Assembly: GCA_001642005.1 (NCBI GenBank)
Contig: LWCA01000242.1
Location: forward strand, 1-37,253
Length of the DNA: 37,253 nt
Source: Intoshia linei
Lineage: Eukaryota > Animalia > Orthonectida
Reading direction: 5' to 3'
Position 1 is the stretch's first letter. The number at the start of each line of letters is the position of its first letter. Under the pieces are notes generated by a model. The model was not told where the DNA came from, ran no database searches, and worked only from the letters and a program-made list of their open reading frames with translations. A program made the translations under genes and the position numbers. Positions 34,751 to 37,253 of this stretch are shown in pieces.

Positions 34751-36813
34751 GAAAATTTAACTTAAAAATAATATTATTCACTATTATCAATCCTTTAAAG
34801 GAGTGGTTCCCAAACTTGTTTCAGGTGGAACCATCATATCACATTACATTTTACTTTAAAGTGAATGTTCCTTCTTCATTTTTTTAACATTTGTGTACAG
34901 AATTTTAAAAACAATTGTTATCCCATTTATTTAATTTAGACAAAATGATTAAAATATTAAAAATAAAGTAAAAACAGTCCTATCCTAAAAATTGTCCTAA
35001 ATAGCATAAATTCCAAAAAAAATAAAATTATAAAATCCTATTTTTTCATTTTCAATGTGATAATGTATATTCAATACCAATTTAATAAATACTTAAAAAT
35101 ACCAATTATGTATCAATAATTAACGGAATCAGCACTTTATAAACATATTTCAGCTGAATTTTACCAATATTGTAAAGGATTGTAATAAATATAAAAATGA
35201 AAAATAACAAAGTTGTACTATTTTTAGTAATCATTATTGTAGTTTTAATTTAAATTTTTAAAAAATGTTTTGAAAATGAGAATTTGAGATTGAAAGATTG
35301 CGAAGGAATGAATTATATAGATTTGCACCAATATTTCTTTATTGGAAATGTGTCTACACATTTCAATGTTCAATGCACATTTTTTTGAAATTGTAGGATC
35401 AATATTTACATTTTCAATTTTTATTTTAATCGAAATATTTAAAAAAATATTGGTTATAATATATTTAAAATTATTTTCACCGGGTATGCGTAGATTTCTG
35501 GTGTTGAAATTTTGAATTTATATTAAATAAAATTAACTAACTAGTTAATAAAATTAAATAATTATTAACTGAAATAAGCTCTATCAGAATAATTTTTTTT
35601 TTAATTTTCGGACCGTTGATTATTTCACATTTTTTGTTTGAATAAAATATTTCGGAAAAAAAATATATGAATACTAAAATGCTTTTTTGACCGTGAAGTC
35701 GTCACTTATCAGATTAAAAAATTTTGTGTGTGTTAACAGGATACAACTCTACCACCTGTAAATTTTTTTAAATTCTAGGGCTGTTTTCATTTTTAAAAAA
35801 AAGGGTAATCTGAGTTTTTGTCAATTAAAATATTCTTTTTTAGGTTACCATTTATAATAATGATTATAAATTCAAAAACCATCCCAGAATTTTTGTTGTA
35901 TAAAATTCTGGGACTTTTTTAATTTTTACAAAAAAGGGTAATTTGTGGTTTTGGCCGTGAAGATATAAAATTTTGAAATTGAAAATTATGATAATATTGA
36001 TAAATTTAAAACGTTTCATCAGAATGTGTAATTTTTATAATTCTAGAACGAGTTTGAATTTAAAAAATAAGGAGAATTGGGTTTTTTAACGTTGAAGAGC
36101 TCAACTTCTGAAATTAAAATTTGTGATAAAACATCAGTCTGATAACATAGAAATTCTGTTTAATAACATTAAGCATTCATTCTTCCAACCCTGTGACCAT
36201 GAATTGATTATATTACTATATTTCGTTCTTAAAGACCCTATATTAGTTTTAAAAAAGAAACTTTCTAATGTACAAATTTACATGGAAGTAGGAGAAATCA
36301 ATACAGATCTAGGTAGACGAAGAAATAGTGAGTATGATGAAGACGAATTGAGAACTGAACAAGCAGAACGTAAACTCCGAAAAAAACTTAAAGAAATTTT
36401 TAAAAACTTTTGTCTCCGAGTAGAATCAATTTCTTCAGTAAAGGTTTTTTTGAAATACCCATTAGAGATTTAGGGTTCTTTAATGTACCCATAAAAACTA
36501 CCAGCTTTCTAATGCTTTCTATAAATTGTCTTGTTCAACTTTCTGATTGGCCTCCAACCGTTGTGTCTATTGATGAAATTGAATTGGTTCATTTCGAACG
36601 AGTTTCCTTTTCCATTAAAAAATTTTGACATTGTTTTTGTCTATAAAGATTACTTTAAACCTGTATTCATTGTTAATGCAGTTCCAATCAAATCTCTTCA
36701 AAATTTAAAACAGTGGCTTCATGAACATGGAATTTGTAAATCTCGACTCCCCTTAGTTTCTTAAATAAACTGGAACAAATAAACAAATCAATAAAAAGAC
36801 ATACATTTTTAAC
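34751..36813 (-). mobile_element. Non-autonomous Helitron copy (both extreme termini lost) carrying an internal SPT16 fragment
   Basis: The reverse complement of 36724-36813 aligns to 23915-24000, and that of about 35820-36134 aligns from 24022 onward; the remainder matches 6330-6970 and 24470-24790. Confidence 0.8.
36135..36723 (+). pseudogene. SPT16: FACT complex subunit SPT16 middle-domain fragment, intronless, two frameshifts
   Basis: DNIEILFNNIKHSFFQPCDHELIILL...VQIYMEVGEINTDLG...DEDELRTEQAER; FEIPIRDLGF...CLVQLSDWPPTVVSIDEIELVHFERVSF; NFDIVFVYKDY...LKQWL. Frameshifts fall in a T run (about 36445-36451) and an A run (about 36617-36622); no start, stop or splice sites at the ends. Confidence 0.9.
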
Positions 36814-37253
36814 CACATACACATTAAATATTTATTACAGTTTCATTATTTGTTACTGTTTATCTTGCTTTTTGTTTATTTTTATCTCAAAAATTTCAAT
36901 AAAAATTTCAATAAAAATTTCTTTTTATGTTTTTATTATTTTAAAAAAACCTCAATTCCCTATCTGAAAAGCGCCCTGGGGCCATTTCGCCAACTTTGGG
37001 AACCCTGGTTAGTACTATTAAGTCACTATTCATTTAATATATTAAATGATTCACAAAGTTATGTCGTTTTTATTGATACAATTGATTAGAAACGCTTTAT
37101 CACCGATAAGATTTTACATATTTCAAAATATAAAATATTTTTTAACAATCATGTGTAAACCACATCCGATGAGAACGTAATTTATTTAAATCTAGATTTA
37201 TTCAATGGCCATTTAGACGAAATATTTTAATGATTTTGAGGGACATTTACGTC

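Noticed and set aside
36724-36800. INWNK-like peptide suggesting SPT16 homology continues (LNWTK)
   Set aside because: This DNA aligns much better to the Helitron 5' region at 23915-24000 in reverse; the peptide resemblance is probably coincidental.

Overview
Very AT-rich metazoan nuclear DNA, not prokaryotic. It carries compact spliced genes with GT-AG introns, many only about 37-60 nt, and larger introns filled with transposon debris. This style is reminiscent of reduced parasite genomes such as the orthonectid Intoshia, but that cannot be proven from the window. Seven host genes alternate strand: UQCRC2 (-, 3' end off-window), a 3-LIM CRIP/CSRP-like gene (+), PIGU (-), CCDC25 (+), a MOCOS-like gene (-), NDUFA13 (+) and a DH-PH-SH3 RhoGEF (-). 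MOCOS introns host two tandem antisense CD225/dispanin genes, an internally deleted histone H2A pseudogene, a decayed transposase and many MITEs. A non-autonomous Helitron family (5' TCC, 3' hairpin plus CTAG, A|T insertion shown by a paralogous empty site) occurs several times. One copy contains an antisense fragment of about 590 bp of SPT16 (FACT) coding sequence, a probable gene capture. Other highlights: the MOCOS-like protein has only the NifS/PLP domain (no MOSC), its stop codon overlaps the CCDC25 stop in one TTAA, and the dispanin pair shares a 165-bp identical tract. No rRNA, tRNA or CRISPR array was recognised. Exon coordinates were derived by hand.
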